A stretch of 64,000 bases of DNA from positions 230,295 to 294,294 of the forward strand of contig CAVYSE010000007.1 of the NCBI GenBank assembly GCA_963771075.1, given 5' to 3'. This document shows positions 40,644 to 50,995 of the stretch, piece after piece; position 1 is the stretch's first letter; the number at the start of each line of letters is the position of its first letter. The notes under the pieces are model-generated. The model saw only the letters and a program-made list of their open reading frames with translations, was not told the DNA's origin and ran no database searches. This DNA comes from a candidate division FCPU426 bacterium. GTDB lineage: Bacteria; Oederibacteriota; Muellerivitia; Muellerivitales; Muellerivitaceae. The translations under genes and the position numbers were made by a program.

Positions 40644-41516
40644 ATGATATTCCTTCTTTTGTTGACGGGATCCCTTCTGGTTGGGTTGGCCTTAGGGCGG
40701 ATTCTGGAAACGACCTGGGAGCGGGTGGAAAAACACCAGCAAACCCAACGGCTCAAGACGGCTCTCTCCCGGAGAAAAAAATCCTTACCGCTCGAATCTC
40801 TGGTGGTTCTTTTGGAAAAGCTGCACTCGAAATGGACGGAGCGTTTCCCGAAGGCGAGGGATTACGATCAATGGGTTTTATCATTGATCCGTCGATCAGG
40901 ACGGGAAGAATTTAACCCATACCAAATATTGGGTTATCAGGTTTTGGGAGGGACATTCTCTTTTCTCCTCTTATTCCTGTTAGGTGGCATTTTCAGTCTT
41001 TCATTGATGGGCTTGGCGATGGGAGTGTTTTTGCCTGTGATCTGGTTAAGGGACCAAGCCCTCAAAAGAGAGAAAATAATCTTACAGGAACTTCCTAACG
41101 CCCTGGAAGTGGTTTCCTTATGTTGTGAGGCGGGGTTAACGGTGGAACAAGGATTGGATCAATATCTAAAAAATGCCCGTCCGAACCCCTTAGGGCAGGA
41201 ATTCTCGGCTCTCTTGGAGCAAACTCGCACAGGATCCAGCCGGAAAGCCGCATTGGAAACTTCCGCCGCAAAACTTCAATTAACAGATTTTACCCTATTC
41301 ACCACCAGCCTGATCCACGCCGAGAGATTTGGGACCGGCGTGGCCAAGACATTGAGACAGTTATCCATGACACTGCGGGATAAACAGACCCAAATGGCGG
41401 AGAAGGCAGTTCAGGAACTACCCGTCAAGATGATACTGCCCCTTGTTTTTTTCATCATGCCTGTGACTTTTTTGATCATTTTCGGCCCCGTTTTGCTCCA
41501 GTTCCTTGGAAAATGA
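40644..41516 (+). CDS. tadC: TadC-like (T2SS F family) membrane protein
   Basis: ELPNALEVV..EAGL, AERFGTGV, AEKAVQELPVKMILPLV..GP. Confidence 0.87.
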   Translation: MIFLLLLTGSLLVGLALGRILETTWERVEKHQQTQRLKTALSRRKKSLPLESLVVLLEKLHSKWTERFPKARDYDQWVLSLIRRSGREEFNPYQILGYQVLGGTFSFLLLFLLGGIFSLSLMGLAMGVFLPVIWLRDQALKREKIILQELPNALEVVSLCCEAGLTVEQGLDQYLKNARPNPLGQEFSALLEQTRTGSSRKAALETSAAKLQLTDFTLFTTSLIHAERFGTGVAKTLRQLSMTLRDKQTQMAEKAVQELPVKMILPLVFFIMPVTFLIIFGPVLLQFLGK

Positions 41517-41866
41517 TTCCGTTGTCTTTAAATAACCCCTTGCGAGTAAAAAAGGCAGAAAATATTATTATTCGTTTTTGGGGTTTGATGGGAACAAGGA
41601 AATGGCCTGCCGGATATGACGCTCTTTGGTTTCCACAATGTTCCGCTGTCCATACCTTTTTTACTTTTTGTCGGCCGGACTTACTCTTCTTAGACCGGGA
41701 ATATAGGGTCTTAAGCATCCATCCCCAAACTGCACCCTGGAAAATTATCCTGGGCCCGATGAGGTGTTTCGGCTGCTTAGAGATTGGTTCGGGTGAGGCC
41801 GGAAAACGAAATTGGCGGGTGGGGACGGATCTAAGTAACATTTTTCGTCAGGTTCCGGAAACTTAA
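41513..41866 (+). CDS. DUF192 family protein
   Basis: RFWGLMG, CSAVHTFF, DLLFLD, LEI..G. Confidence 0.7.
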   Translation: MIPLSLNNPLRVKKAENIIIRFWGLMGTRKWPAGYDALWFPQCSAVHTFFTFCRPDLLFLDREYRVLSIHPQTAPWKIILGPMRCFGCLEIGSGEAGKRNWRVGTDLSNIFRQVPET

Positions 41867-41894
41867 ATTTCCTGGAATCCAACTTTTCACCTGA

Positions 41895-41922
41895 TTGAAT
41901 TGAGGTTTCCCACCCTTATAAT
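41895..41922 (+). promoter_or_regulatory. Possible sigma70 promoter for glyA
   Basis: TTGAAT-16 nt-TATAAT upstream of AAGGAGG RBS. Confidence 0.45.
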
Positions 41923-41948
41923 GCCAGCATTCCACCCAAGGAGGTTCC

Positions 41949-43259
41949 ATGTTCAACGATTTCCTAAAAACCGATCCTAAAGTCTATGAGGCGAATCTTC
42001 TGGAGCTGAAGCGTCAAAATACAAAACTTGAAATGATTGCTTCCGAAAATTTTACGAGTCTTGCGGTGATGGCCGCTCAAGGCGGCGTGATGACCAACAA
42101 GTACGCGGAAGGTTACCCCGGTAATCGTTATTACGGAGGATGCGAATATGTAGATATGGTGGAAAACCTGGCTCGGGAAAGGGCGTCTAAACTATTTTTC
42201 AACGCCGAGTATGTGAATGTCCAGCCCCATTCAGGAAGCCAGGCCAATATGGCGGTATATTTTACCTTCGTCAAACCAGGCGATACTATCCTAGGGCTCG
42301 ATCTTTCCCACGGTGGTCACCTGACCCACGGCAGCAAGGTTAATTTTTCAGGGAAAATGTACAACTTCTTCGGTTATCAGACGCGAAGGGAGGACGGCCG
42401 GGTGAACCTGGACCAGGTTCGTGAATTGGCAAGGGAACACCACCCGAAAATGATCAGCATCGGAGCTTCCGCCTATTCGCGTGATTGGGATTACGCCGAG
42501 TTCCGTAAGATTGCGGATGAAGTCGGCGCCTTTTTATGGGCCGATATCGCTCACACAGCGGGCCTCATTGCCGCTAGAGTATTGAACAATCCCATGTTCC
42601 ATTGCCATGTGGTGACTACTACGACCCATAAGACACTTCGCGGGCCAAGGGGAGGCATGATCCTCATGGGGAAGGACTTTGATAATCCTTTTGGCATCAC
42701 AGCTCCGAAAAGTGGCCGAACACGCAAAATGGGCGAGTTGATCGACAGCCAGATTATTCCGGGCATCCAGGGGGGGCCGCTCATGCATGTGGTCGGCGCC
42801 AAAGCGGTGGCCTTCCAGGAAGCCTTGCAACCTTCCTTCAAGGATTACGCCACGCAGGTAAAACTCAACGCCAAAGCCCTTTGCGATGGATTGATGGAAT
42901 TCGGATTTCAGGTGGTTTCTGGGGGGACGGACAACCACTTGATGCTGATCGACTTGCGCAACAAGAAGGTTAACGGTAAGCAAGCCCAACTCGCCCTCGA
43001 TGATGCCAATATCACCACGAATAAGAATTCTGTTCCATATGACACGGAATCCCCGCTTTTAACCAGCGGTTTAAGACTAGGTAGTCCCGCTTTGACGACC
43101 CGGGGGTTTAAGGAAGGGGAATTCAAACAGGTAGCGCAGTGGATCCATGAGGTTATCTCAGCGCCCGAAAATGAGGAGACAAAGAAAAAGGTTAAGGGTG
43201 AGATAGAGGAAATGACTCGAAAATTCCCCCTCTATCCGGAATTGCTAAAAGGTCTTTAA
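41949..43259 (+). CDS. glyA: Serine hydroxymethyltransferase
   Basis: [46 protein letters not shown]. Confidence 0.98.
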   Translation: MFNDFLKTDPKVYEANLLELKRQNTKLEMIASENFTSLAVMAAQGGVMTNKYAEGYPGNRYYGGCEYVDMVENLARERASKLFFNAEYVNVQPHSGSQANMAVYFTFVKPGDTILGLDLSHGGHLTHGSKVNFSGKMYNFFGYQTRREDGRVNLDQVRELAREHHPKMISIGASAYSRDWDYAEFRKIADEVGAFLWADIAHTAGLIAARVLNNPMFHCHVVTTTTHKTLRGPRGGMILMGKDFDNPFGITAPKSGRTRKMGELIDSQIIPGIQGGPLMHVVGAKAVAFQEALQPSFKDYATQVKLNAKALCDGLMEFGFQVVSGGTDNHLMLIDLRNKKVNGKQAQLALDDANITTNKNSVPYDTESPLLTSGLRLGSPALTTRGFKEGEFKQVAQWIHEVISAPENEETKKKVKGEIEEMTRKFPLYPELLKGL

Positions 43260-43301
43260 AGGGTCTGTAAAATCGCGTAAATCGGATGAACCCCTGAGGC
43301 T

Positions 43302-44258
43302 TTATTGACTTGTCACTACTCGGGCGGGTGCCCAACTAGGGCAAGAACCAAAATCTGCGGAAAGGTTTTTGTTGTCCGTACCGATCGTGTTGATGATGAA
43401 GAGATTTAAGCCGTCATCCACCGAATTGAGCCACCCACTGTAAACCACCTTCCGGTCTCCCATCGCGTAACGTGGACAAAGATTGTGGGTCGAGGTAGTC
43501 AGGTTAACTGGATTCGTTCCGTCCGCGTCCAGGGTATAGATCTGAGTAGTGTTTTCACGGTAGAGGTTGATTAATATCTTTTTCCCGTCTGATGAAACCG
43601 ATGGGGAACCCACGTTCCAATCTGTATATTGAGTCAGCTTCTTGACCGTTTTATCGGTTAAATCTTCAACCCAAAGGTTGTAAACCGTGTCTTCCTCGTT
43701 GGTGAGATAAAGAAGTGATTTCCCGTCCGGAAAGAGATCGGGACAAAGGGCAGAATGCCCGGTCAGGAGGGTCTTGGGGTTGTAACCGTCCGCGTCGACC
43801 ATCCACACATCCCCAAGAGCAGCGAAAACGATCTTTTTTCCGTCATTTGTCCAGGAAGGCGCGTCGTTCACCAATAGGTTTTGTTCAGAACTACCAATTG
43901 AATTGGCCTCATTGAAAGTGAGTTGAACGGGATTTTGGCCGTCCAAGTTGCGCTTCCAAAGGTTGTAAACTCCGTTTCCTGCGTTGGACCAGTAAGCCAC
44001 TTGGGAACCATCCGGCGAGCAGGAAGGGAACCATTCAGTACTTTGGCCACTGGTCAAGGGCACGGTTTGTCCTGTAGACAAATCCAAGCGGACCAAATGG
44101 CCACGCTCTATGAAAACCACGCTTCCCGTAGGCACAGCCGATACGGGCGCGGGCGGGGGTTGGGGCGGGGGAGGAGTCTGATGTTTGCAACCCGTTACGC
44201 TCATTATGAATAAGCCAAGGAGAAGAAAATAGCTATAAAAAAGGAGTTTGGGACTCAC
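43302..44258 (-). CDS. TolB-like (PD40 beta-propeller) lipoprotein
   Basis: Lipobox VTGC; PSCSPDG, PSWTNDG, PDG repeats. Confidence 0.78.
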   Translation of the reverse strand: MSPKLLFYSYFLLLGLFIMSVTGCKHQTPPPPQPPPAPVSAVPTGSVVFIERGHLVRLDLSTGQTVPLTSGQSTEWFPSCSPDGSQVAYWSNAGNGVYNLWKRNLDGQNPVQLTFNEANSIGSSEQNLLVNDAPSWTNDGKKIVFAALGDVWMVDADGYNPKTLLTGHSALCPDLFPDGKSLLYLTNEEDTVYNLWVEDLTDKTVKKLTQYTDWNVGSPSVSSDGKKILINLYRENTTQIYTLDADGTNPVNLTTSTHNLCPRYAMGDRKVVYSGWLNSVDDGLNLFIINTIGTDNKNLSADFGSCPSWAPARVVTSQ

Positions 44259-44265
44259 GAAGGCC

Positions 44266-45579
44266 TCATTTCTTTGACCAGTCGGGGTTGGTCACCCCAT
44301 CCAAGGAGATGAGCTTTTTATTATTTCCGCTGTTGTCCATGATCCAAAATTCACCCTTAAAGATGTAACCAATTTTTAACCCGTCGGGTGACCAAATCGC
44401 ATTGGTGGCTCCGGGCGCGGACAAGAATTTCAAAGAACCGCTGTCCTGGTCGTTCTTGGAGGTTTGATCGAGTAGGGCAACTCGATACCCGTCATCGTTC
44501 GCGTCCTTCTTGGCGAGCATAAGCATCATGGGATTGGTCGATTCCACTGGGGAATAACGCAGAAGAGGACCGAGGTCAGGACTCGCGCCATAAATGAGTT
44601 TTATGGGATGTGAGGTATTGGAAGAAGCTGTGTAGATTGTATCGGGTTTGACCGAGAAAGCCACTTTTAAGGCATCGGGCGACCAACTGAGATCCAAAAG
44701 GGTATGGTCCGAGTCAAAAAGGTCCAATGAGTCCTTTTGGCGGGGGTTGACGAGGTAAAGGCTGGCATAATTGATCCCTTGAGAATAGAAAAAGGCGATG
44801 TATTTATTGTCCCGATGGGGTGCCCATTCTTCCTTGAACACCTTAAAGTTAGGATCAGGTGTATAGAGGGTGACGATGTCCTGGGATTTTAGGCTGGCCT
44901 TCCAAATTTGACGGTTGTATATAAAGGCAACCTCATCGCTCAAAGGAGACCAAGTAAGGATTGATTTCAGGCTTATCGAAGGATCCAAGATCCAATCGTC
45001 AAATTGAGTGAGTTGCTGATAGGTCGTTTCACCTTTGTGTAAAAAAAACAAATTAATCTTTCCATCAATTTTGGAAATAAAGGCCAGCAATTTCCCGTTA
45101 GGAGACCATGTGGGATACCAACTTGGAACTCCTTTGGGTGTCACGCTTGTGACATCTGATCCATCGGGATTCATAATCCGAAGGGACGGGACTCCATTTT
45201 CATAACTGGTATAGGCTATCTTTTCGATGTCGACTGGCACTGGGGTGAATGTTGGGGAAGCGGTAGCTGTTGGAGATGGCTTGGAAATGGACATTTCCTG
45301 TGAGTTCTCGAATTCGACCGGTTGGGCCTTACCCGTGGCATTTGTCGGGGCGGAGGCTTTGGGTGGCATGGGTGTGAAGACAACTGGGGACGTTGAATTT
45401 ACAGAGGGGACAACAACAGGAATCGGCGTTGAAGTCGGGATTGGGGGTGCTATTTTCTTGAAAAAAGGAAGAGAACGCTTACCGCAACCGGGGATGTTGA
45501 CATCACACCCCGTGGAAATCATGAGAAGCACCAACAACATGGCTGAGAATATGGACAGGCTTTTTAGGGTTTCGCGCAA
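44266..45579 (-). CDS. TolB-like (PD40 beta-propeller) lipoprotein with Pro/Thr-rich tether
   Basis: Lipobox STGC; WSPNG, WSPLS, WSPDA, WSPDG, PDWS repeats. Confidence 0.78.
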   Translation of the reverse strand: MRETLKSLSIFSAMLLVLLMISTGCDVNIPGCGKRSLPFFKKIAPPIPTSTPIPVVVPSVNSTSPVVFTPMPPKASAPTNATGKAQPVEFENSQEMSISKPSPTATASPTFTPVPVDIEKIAYTSYENGVPSLRIMNPDGSDVTSVTPKGVPSWYPTWSPNGKLLAFISKIDGKINLFFLHKGETTYQQLTQFDDWILDPSISLKSILTWSPLSDEVAFIYNRQIWKASLKSQDIVTLYTPDPNFKVFKEEWAPHRDNKYIAFFYSQGINYASLYLVNPRQKDSLDLFDSDHTLLDLSWSPDALKVAFSVKPDTIYTASSNTSHPIKLIYGASPDLGPLLRYSPVESTNPMMLMLAKKDANDDGYRVALLDQTSKNDQDSGSLKFLSAPGATNAIWSPDGLKIGYIFKGEFWIMDNSGNNKKLISLDGVTNPDWSKK

Positions 45580-45661
45580 TCCAGAGTCCCTTGTCGAGAT
45601 GATTAAAGTTTAACCTTATCGGACTGCAGTTTAGGGTTTCAACCCTGCAAAGTCAACAAAT

Positions 45662-46537
45662 TCAATGATTTTGGAGGGTTCCCTCGGGTTGAATTGGTTC
45701 AAAAATCAAGAGCGATCCCCTTGGGACGGCGCGGACTCTTACACCAGCCTTCGTATCCTTTTCAAAGGCCTTTTCAAGGTGGCCTTCTGAGCCTCGTTGG
45801 ATCAAGTCTGACAGTTCCTTAGAGGGGTGCAGATCGAAAAAAATAGTTGATCCGGCCTTATAGCCAGAGAATATATCGAGAAATAGTGGAGAAGCCTCCA
45901 AAATTTCGAAATCAGGATTCACCAACAAATACGGTAACCCGGAATCGGCAAGGTATTCGACGGAAAGTTGGGGGGGAGTTTTAACCGATTCCGATTTTAC
46001 CTGTCTGGTGGTGATCAAAGTCATGGAGTCTTTTCGCGTTTTGGATTTATGGCAAGATCGAAAAGAACAAAACCCGTAAACCAATCCGAAAAGGCCCGTA
46101 AAAAGTAATCCGCCTACCCAAGGCGAAGGCTCCGATTCAAAAACGAGGATCGCGTCTGCATGGATTTCAGGATCCTCCCAACACCATACCCATTGGGATG
46201 GTAATTGGAAATGAAAGCCAGGGCTCGAGGAATGGGGTAGCATTGTTTTATTTCCACCCGCTATTCGTGACTTTCCTTCTACTCGAATGTCATAAGCCAG
46301 CCCATCCGTGGAATTATCAAAGGAGTGGGACCAATCAATGAGTCCTAAGTCATCTTTGACCTTCAGGACATAAGATAAATGAGAGAGGACAAATTGCCCT
46401 TCCGTTCGCGCATGTTCCTTGGCGATCGCGAACGTTAATGCGGCACTCAAGGCGAAAAGAGCAATAAAAATAAATAGCGTGCCCCATCGATTGAAAGAAC
46501 TGGAAGGAGTCGTGGGCAGAATGTTTGCGGGTGTCAT
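45662..46537 (-). CDS. Hypothetical two-TM membrane protein
   Basis: 291-aa ORF with two TM segments flanking a soluble loop; weakly PAS-like tail. Confidence 0.55.
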   Translation of the reverse strand: MTPANILPTTPSSSFNRWGTLFIFIALFALSAALTFAIAKEHARTEGQFVLSHLSYVLKVKDDLGLIDWSHSFDNSTDGLAYDIRVEGKSRIAGGNKTMLPHSSSPGFHFQLPSQWVWCWEDPEIHADAILVFESEPSPWVGGLLFTGLFGLVYGFCSFRSCHKSKTRKDSMTLITTRQVKSESVKTPPQLSVEYLADSGLPYLLVNPDFEILEASPLFLDIFSGYKAGSTIFFDLHPSKELSDLIQRGSEGHLEKAFEKDTKAGVRVRAVPRGSLLIFEPIQPEGTLQNH

Positions 46538-46665
46538 AAGAAATATAATATAATTCTAATGTTAAAAATGGGGTTTCAAAAAGTTAATTTTTCAATCACC
46601 TTTTTGCGGTAAATCCCATTGGAATTCTCGCTTTTCCTAATTATTTCTTCATGAAGAGGCATAGC

Positions 46666-47748
46666 ATGGCCAAAAAGAAGAACCCCTTGGCATCCATCCG
46701 AACCTCCATTGACGCTTTGGATTCGAAAATCGTTCAGCTATTGAACCAAAGAGCTCAACAGGTTCTAAAAATAGGAGAAATCAAAACCAAGGATTCCCTG
46801 CATTTTTACGCCCCGCACCGGGAAATTCAGGTATATCGCCGTGTCACCCGACTCAACAAGGGGCCCTTCCCCACGAAAGCACTTCATTCGGTTTACCGGG
46901 AGATCATGTCCGGCGCTCTCTCCCTCGAGTCGCTACTCAAGATTGCTTATTTCGGCCAATTAGGGACCAACACACACATTGCAGCGCTGGAAAAATTCGG
47001 GAATTCCGCCCATTACATAGCGGGCGCCTCCCTGAAAGATGTTTTTTTGGAAGTGGAGAGGGGAAGGGCCCATTATGGTGTGGTCCCTATCGAGAATTCG
47101 ACCGAGGGTACCATCAACCATACGCTGGATCTTTTTGTGGAATCGGAACTGAAGATCTGTTCCGAGATCTATATACCCATCACCTACACCTTGATGTCCA
47201 AATCAGGACGCATGGAACAAGTGAAAAAAGTTTACAGCCACCCCCAGGCCCTGGCCCAATGCCGTCTTTGGCTGGAGGCCAGCCTTCCCGGGGTTAAAAT
47301 TATCGAGAGTGCTAACACGGCCAAGGCCGCCCAGATCACCGCCCAGGACCCCTCCGCCGCCGCCATCGCGCCAGAAATGGCCGCCCGAATCTACCGCCTC
47401 CGGGCCATCGCCCGCCGCATCGAAGACATGCAGGATAATTTCACCCGTTTCCTTGTCATCGGAAAAACCTTTGCTGAAAAAACGGGGGATGACAAGACAT
47501 CCCTGATGGTCTCCATCAAAGACAAGGTGGGGGCACTATACGATTTGCTTTTACCTTTCCGGAAAAACGGGCTCAATATGACTAGCATTGAGTCGCGCCC
47601 CTCGCGAAAAAAAGCCTGGGATTATTATTTCTTCATCGATTTTTTTGGCCATATCCAGGATCCCAAGGTCCAAGCCGCCGTGGCAACCGTGGAAAAGGCG
47701 ACCCTCACGGTCAAGGTGCTGGGTTCTTACCCCCGGAGTGAAAGCTGA
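46666..47748 (+). CDS. pheA: Chorismate mutase/prephenate dehydratase (P-protein)
   Basis: RTSIDALD, VVPIENSTEG, SHPQALAQC, NFTRF, IESRPS. Confidence 0.96.
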   Translation: MAKKKNPLASIRTSIDALDSKIVQLLNQRAQQVLKIGEIKTKDSLHFYAPHREIQVYRRVTRLNKGPFPTKALHSVYREIMSGALSLESLLKIAYFGQLGTNTHIAALEKFGNSAHYIAGASLKDVFLEVERGRAHYGVVPIENSTEGTINHTLDLFVESELKICSEIYIPITYTLMSKSGRMEQVKKVYSHPQALAQCRLWLEASLPGVKIIESANTAKAAQITAQDPSAAAIAPEMAARIYRLRAIARRIEDMQDNFTRFLVIGKTFAEKTGDDKTSLMVSIKDKVGALYDLLLPFRKNGLNMTSIESRPSRKKAWDYYFFIDFFGHIQDPKVQAAVATVEKATLTVKVLGSYPRSES

Positions 47749-47751
47749 TCC

Positions 47752-48843
47752 ATGGAGTTTTCGGTCCCCCTGCGTCCTCACTTGAGCACCCTCCTGCCCT
47801 ATGTCCCCGGTAAACCATTGGAAGAGTTGGAAAGGGAAATGGGGATCACGAACGCGGCCAAACTTGCCTCGAATGAAAATCCCCTCGGACCCTCTCCCCT
47901 TGTTTTGAAAGCCATCCTAGAAAGTTTTTCGCAGTGGGGCCGTTATCCCGACGGGGGGGCTCATGAGTTGACCCGGAAACTTTCGGCTCATCTTGGGGTT
48001 TCGTCCGATTCCCTGGTTTTGGGAAACGGTTCCAACGAGATACTGGTGCTGCTGGGCGAGATGATCTTAAATCAAGGGGACGAGGTCCTCTACGCGGCCC
48101 CCAGCTTCGTGGTTTACCAATTGGTGGCCCAGTTGAACCAGGCGAAAGCCATCACTATTCCATTGAAGGACCATACCCATGATCTGATCTCTTTTGCATG
48201 GGCCATCACCTCCAAAACCCGGATGGTTTTTATCTGCAACCCAAACAATCCGACGGGAACTCACCTACCCCTCCAAGATGTGGAAATATTTTTGAACCAA
48301 TGTCCTTCCCAGGTCCTGGTGGTTTTGGACGAGGCCTATTACGAGTATGTTGAGGATCCCGCCTATTTTGAATCTTTGAAATTAACCGACCGCTATTCAA
48401 ACCTCGTTATTTTACGAACCTTCTCCAAGGCTTTTGGCTTGGCGGGTTTGCGCATTGGTTACGGGGTCCTGAATCGAGAATTAAAGGCCTTGTTTCAAAA
48501 GACCCGACAACCCTTTAACATTAACCGGCTCGCCCAAATCGCCGCCCTTGCCGCTTTGGGTGACATTCCCCATATGCGGCGGTCGGTCGAATTGAATCGA
48601 AAGATGCGGATAAAATTGACCGAAAGCCTTCGAGAAATGGGATTCACACCCGCCCCTAGTCAATCCAATTTCGTTTATTTCGAGGTTGAGGCCGCAGATT
48701 CGATCTATCAAAAGTTGCTCAGAGTAGGTGTGATCGTCAGGCCCATGGGGCCCCGTGCGCTTCGGGTTACAACAGGAACGGAAGAAGAGACTGAGAGGTT
48801 CCTAAGGACCTTTCGAGCCTTAAACTTCGGGGGGAAATCGTGA
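47752..48843 (+). CDS. hisC: Histidinol-phosphate/aromatic aminotransferase
   Basis: KLASNENP, CNPNNPTG, DEAYYEY, RTFSKAFGLAGLRIGY. Confidence 0.93.
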   Translation: MEFSVPLRPHLSTLLPYVPGKPLEELEREMGITNAAKLASNENPLGPSPLVLKAILESFSQWGRYPDGGAHELTRKLSAHLGVSSDSLVLGNGSNEILVLLGEMILNQGDEVLYAAPSFVVYQLVAQLNQAKAITIPLKDHTHDLISFAWAITSKTRMVFICNPNNPTGTHLPLQDVEIFLNQCPSQVLVVLDEAYYEYVEDPAYFESLKLTDRYSNLVILRTFSKAFGLAGLRIGYGVLNRELKALFQKTRQPFNINRLAQIAALAALGDIPHMRRSVELNRKMRIKLTESLREMGFTPAPSQSNFVYFEVEAADSIYQKLLRVGVIVRPMGPRALRVTTGTEEETERFLRTFRALNFGGKS

Positions 48844-49682
48844 GGAAAAAGAAAGTCGCCATCGTCGGAGTGGGCCTCCTGGGGGGATCGCTTGCCCTCG
48901 ACCTGAAGTCTAAAGGTTTCTATGACCTCATTGGCTGGAACCATCGCGCTGTTTCACGCCGCAAGGCGGCAAAAATTCTTCCGGTGGCCGCTACCTATGA
49001 AAAAGCGGTGGAACGGGCTGACATCATCGTTCTTTGTTCCCATTCGGGGGCCGTCCTGGAGGCCCTTCCGGGGTTGTTGAAAACCCCCAATCCCGCCTCC
49101 TTGATCATGGATGTGTCCAGCGTGAAAGGGATCCTGGTTCGTTCCGCAGAAAAGATCCCAGGCGCGAACCGTTTTTTCGTCCCCTGTCATCCCATGGCAG
49201 GAAAGGAAAAATCCGGCGCCTTGGCCGCCGAAAGGGGACTTTATCGGGACAAGGTCATTTTCATCACGCCCTTGAGGAACAGTCCCGCACGGCTGGTCCG
49301 GTCGGCCTGCGATTTTTGGAAATCCGTGGGTGGGCGCCCCGTCCTTTTGGGGGCGGGCGAGCATGATCAAATGGTTGCCCTCACCAGTCATTTGCCCCAC
49401 CTTTTGGCCGCGCTCTTGATCCACCTTTACGACGGCTTATCCGGTAAATACCCCCGAATCGCCCTCGGCGTCGGCTCCGGTTTCCGGGACACCACCCGCA
49501 TCGCCGCCGGGAGCCCGGCCATGTGGACGGATATCCTGGTTTATAACAAAATGGAAATCCTGAGGGTCCTCCGCCAATATCAGCGCCAACTCCACGGTCT
49601 TGAGCTTCGGCTCATAAAAGGGCGAAAAGGGGATTGGCAGAGGTTTTTCGAGACGGCCCGCGCCACGAGGGAAAAACTTTGA
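48840..49682 (+). CDS. tyrA: Prephenate/arogenate dehydrogenase
   Basis: GVGLLGGS, DVSSVK, HPMAGKE, SHLPH, FRDTTRIA. Confidence 0.93.
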   Translation: MRKKKVAIVGVGLLGGSLALDLKSKGFYDLIGWNHRAVSRRKAAKILPVAATYEKAVERADIIVLCSHSGAVLEALPGLLKTPNPASLIMDVSSVKGILVRSAEKIPGANRFFVPCHPMAGKEKSGALAAERGLYRDKVIFITPLRNSPARLVRSACDFWKSVGGRPVLLGAGEHDQMVALTSHLPHLLAALLIHLYDGLSGKYPRIALGVGSGFRDTTRIAAGSPAMWTDILVYNKMEILRVLRQYQRQLHGLELRLIKGRKGDWQRFFETARATREKL

Positions 49683-50995
49683 AACAGCTGGTCATCCAAC
49701 CCGCTTCCAGCCTTTCCGGCATCCTGGATATCCCCGGGGATAAATCCATTTCTCACCGCGCGGTTATGTTGGGTTCGCTTGCCTATGGCACGACCCGGGT
49801 TCGGCATTTCCTGAATTCCGCGGATTGTCGTTCCACCATCGCGATCTTCCGCCAGATGGGGGTAAAAATTGATCAGCAAGGAGATCAATTGAGCATCCGT
49901 GGCAAAGGCCTCAATTCACTGACCGCTCCCCAAGAAATTTTGGACGCGGGAAACTCAGGCACCACCAGCCGAATCCTGATGGGTCTTTTGGCCGCCCAGC
50001 CTTTTGACTGCCGTTTGACCGGGGACAAATACCTCCGCCGAAGGCCCATGAAAAGGGTCCTCGTTCCGCTGGTGCGAATGGGCGCCCATCTCAAGGGCTC
50101 GGGCGGCGGCGAGTTCCTGCCGGTGGAAATTAAGGGTTCCAAACTGAAGGGCATCACCTATGAGCTACCGGTGGCCAGCGCGCAAGTGAAATCCTGCCTG
50201 ATGTTGGCCGGCCTGTTCGCCGAAGGCAAAACGAGTGTTATCGAACCGGTTCAAACTCGCGACCATACCGAGCGCATGTTCCGCTCCTTTGGAATCCCAT
50301 TTAAGAAGAGTCGCAAGGTTCTGACGGTCAAGGGCCCTGTCCATCCCTTTCGGGGGAAAGACATCCGTGTACCCGGTGATATTTCCTCCGCCGCTTTTTT
50401 TATAGTGGCGGGCTTGGTGGTCCCGGGGTCCGAGATCAAGCTTAAAAAAGTGGGAATGAACCCCACGCGCACCGGCCTGATCGAGGTACTGAGGAAGATG
50501 GGCGCGAACATCGAGGTCCATCCCTATCCAGTCCCCAAGGACGAGGAGCCCGTGGCCGATTTGGTCGTCCGCCATTCCCGTTTGAAGGGATTGGAAGTGG
50601 GCGGGGATATCGTACCCCGCATGGTGGATGAGTTCCCGGTCTTCGCCGTGGCCGCGACGCAAGCCCGCGGTACTACCATGGTGAGGGACGCACAGGATTT
50701 GAAAGTCAAGGAATCCGACCGAATCCTCATGATGGCAGTGACCCTAAAGAAGATGGGAGCCGATATCGAGGCCACTTCGGATGGGTGGATCATCCATGGC
50801 CCGACCCCATTGCGGGGAGCCCGTTTATCCTCCGGGGGTGACCACCGCATCGCCATGTCCCTAGCCGTGGCCGGACTATTATGCGAAGGGCCCTCTACCA
50901 TCCTGGATACGGAAAATATCACTACCTCATTTCCGGGTTTCGAGACGTCATTAAAAAAGCTTATCATTCCCAAAAAGAAAGCAATGGTTTCATGA
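49679..50995 (+). CDS. aroA: EPSP synthase (class II-type motifs)
   Basis: PGDKSISHRA, NSGTT, ASAQVKS, RDHTERM, KESDRI, DHRIAMS; TTG start overlapping tyrA stop. Confidence 0.97.
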   Translation: MKQLVIQPASSLSGILDIPGDKSISHRAVMLGSLAYGTTRVRHFLNSADCRSTIAIFRQMGVKIDQQGDQLSIRGKGLNSLTAPQEILDAGNSGTTSRILMGLLAAQPFDCRLTGDKYLRRRPMKRVLVPLVRMGAHLKGSGGGEFLPVEIKGSKLKGITYELPVASAQVKSCLMLAGLFAEGKTSVIEPVQTRDHTERMFRSFGIPFKKSRKVLTVKGPVHPFRGKDIRVPGDISSAAFFIVAGLVVPGSEIKLKKVGMNPTRTGLIEVLRKMGANIEVHPYPVPKDEEPVADLVVRHSRLKGLEVGGDIVPRMVDEFPVFAVAATQARGTTMVRDAQDLKVKESDRILMMAVTLKKMGADIEATSDGWIIHGPTPLRGARLSSGGDHRIAMSLAVAGLLCEGPSTILDTENITTSFPGFETSLKKLIIPKKKAMVS

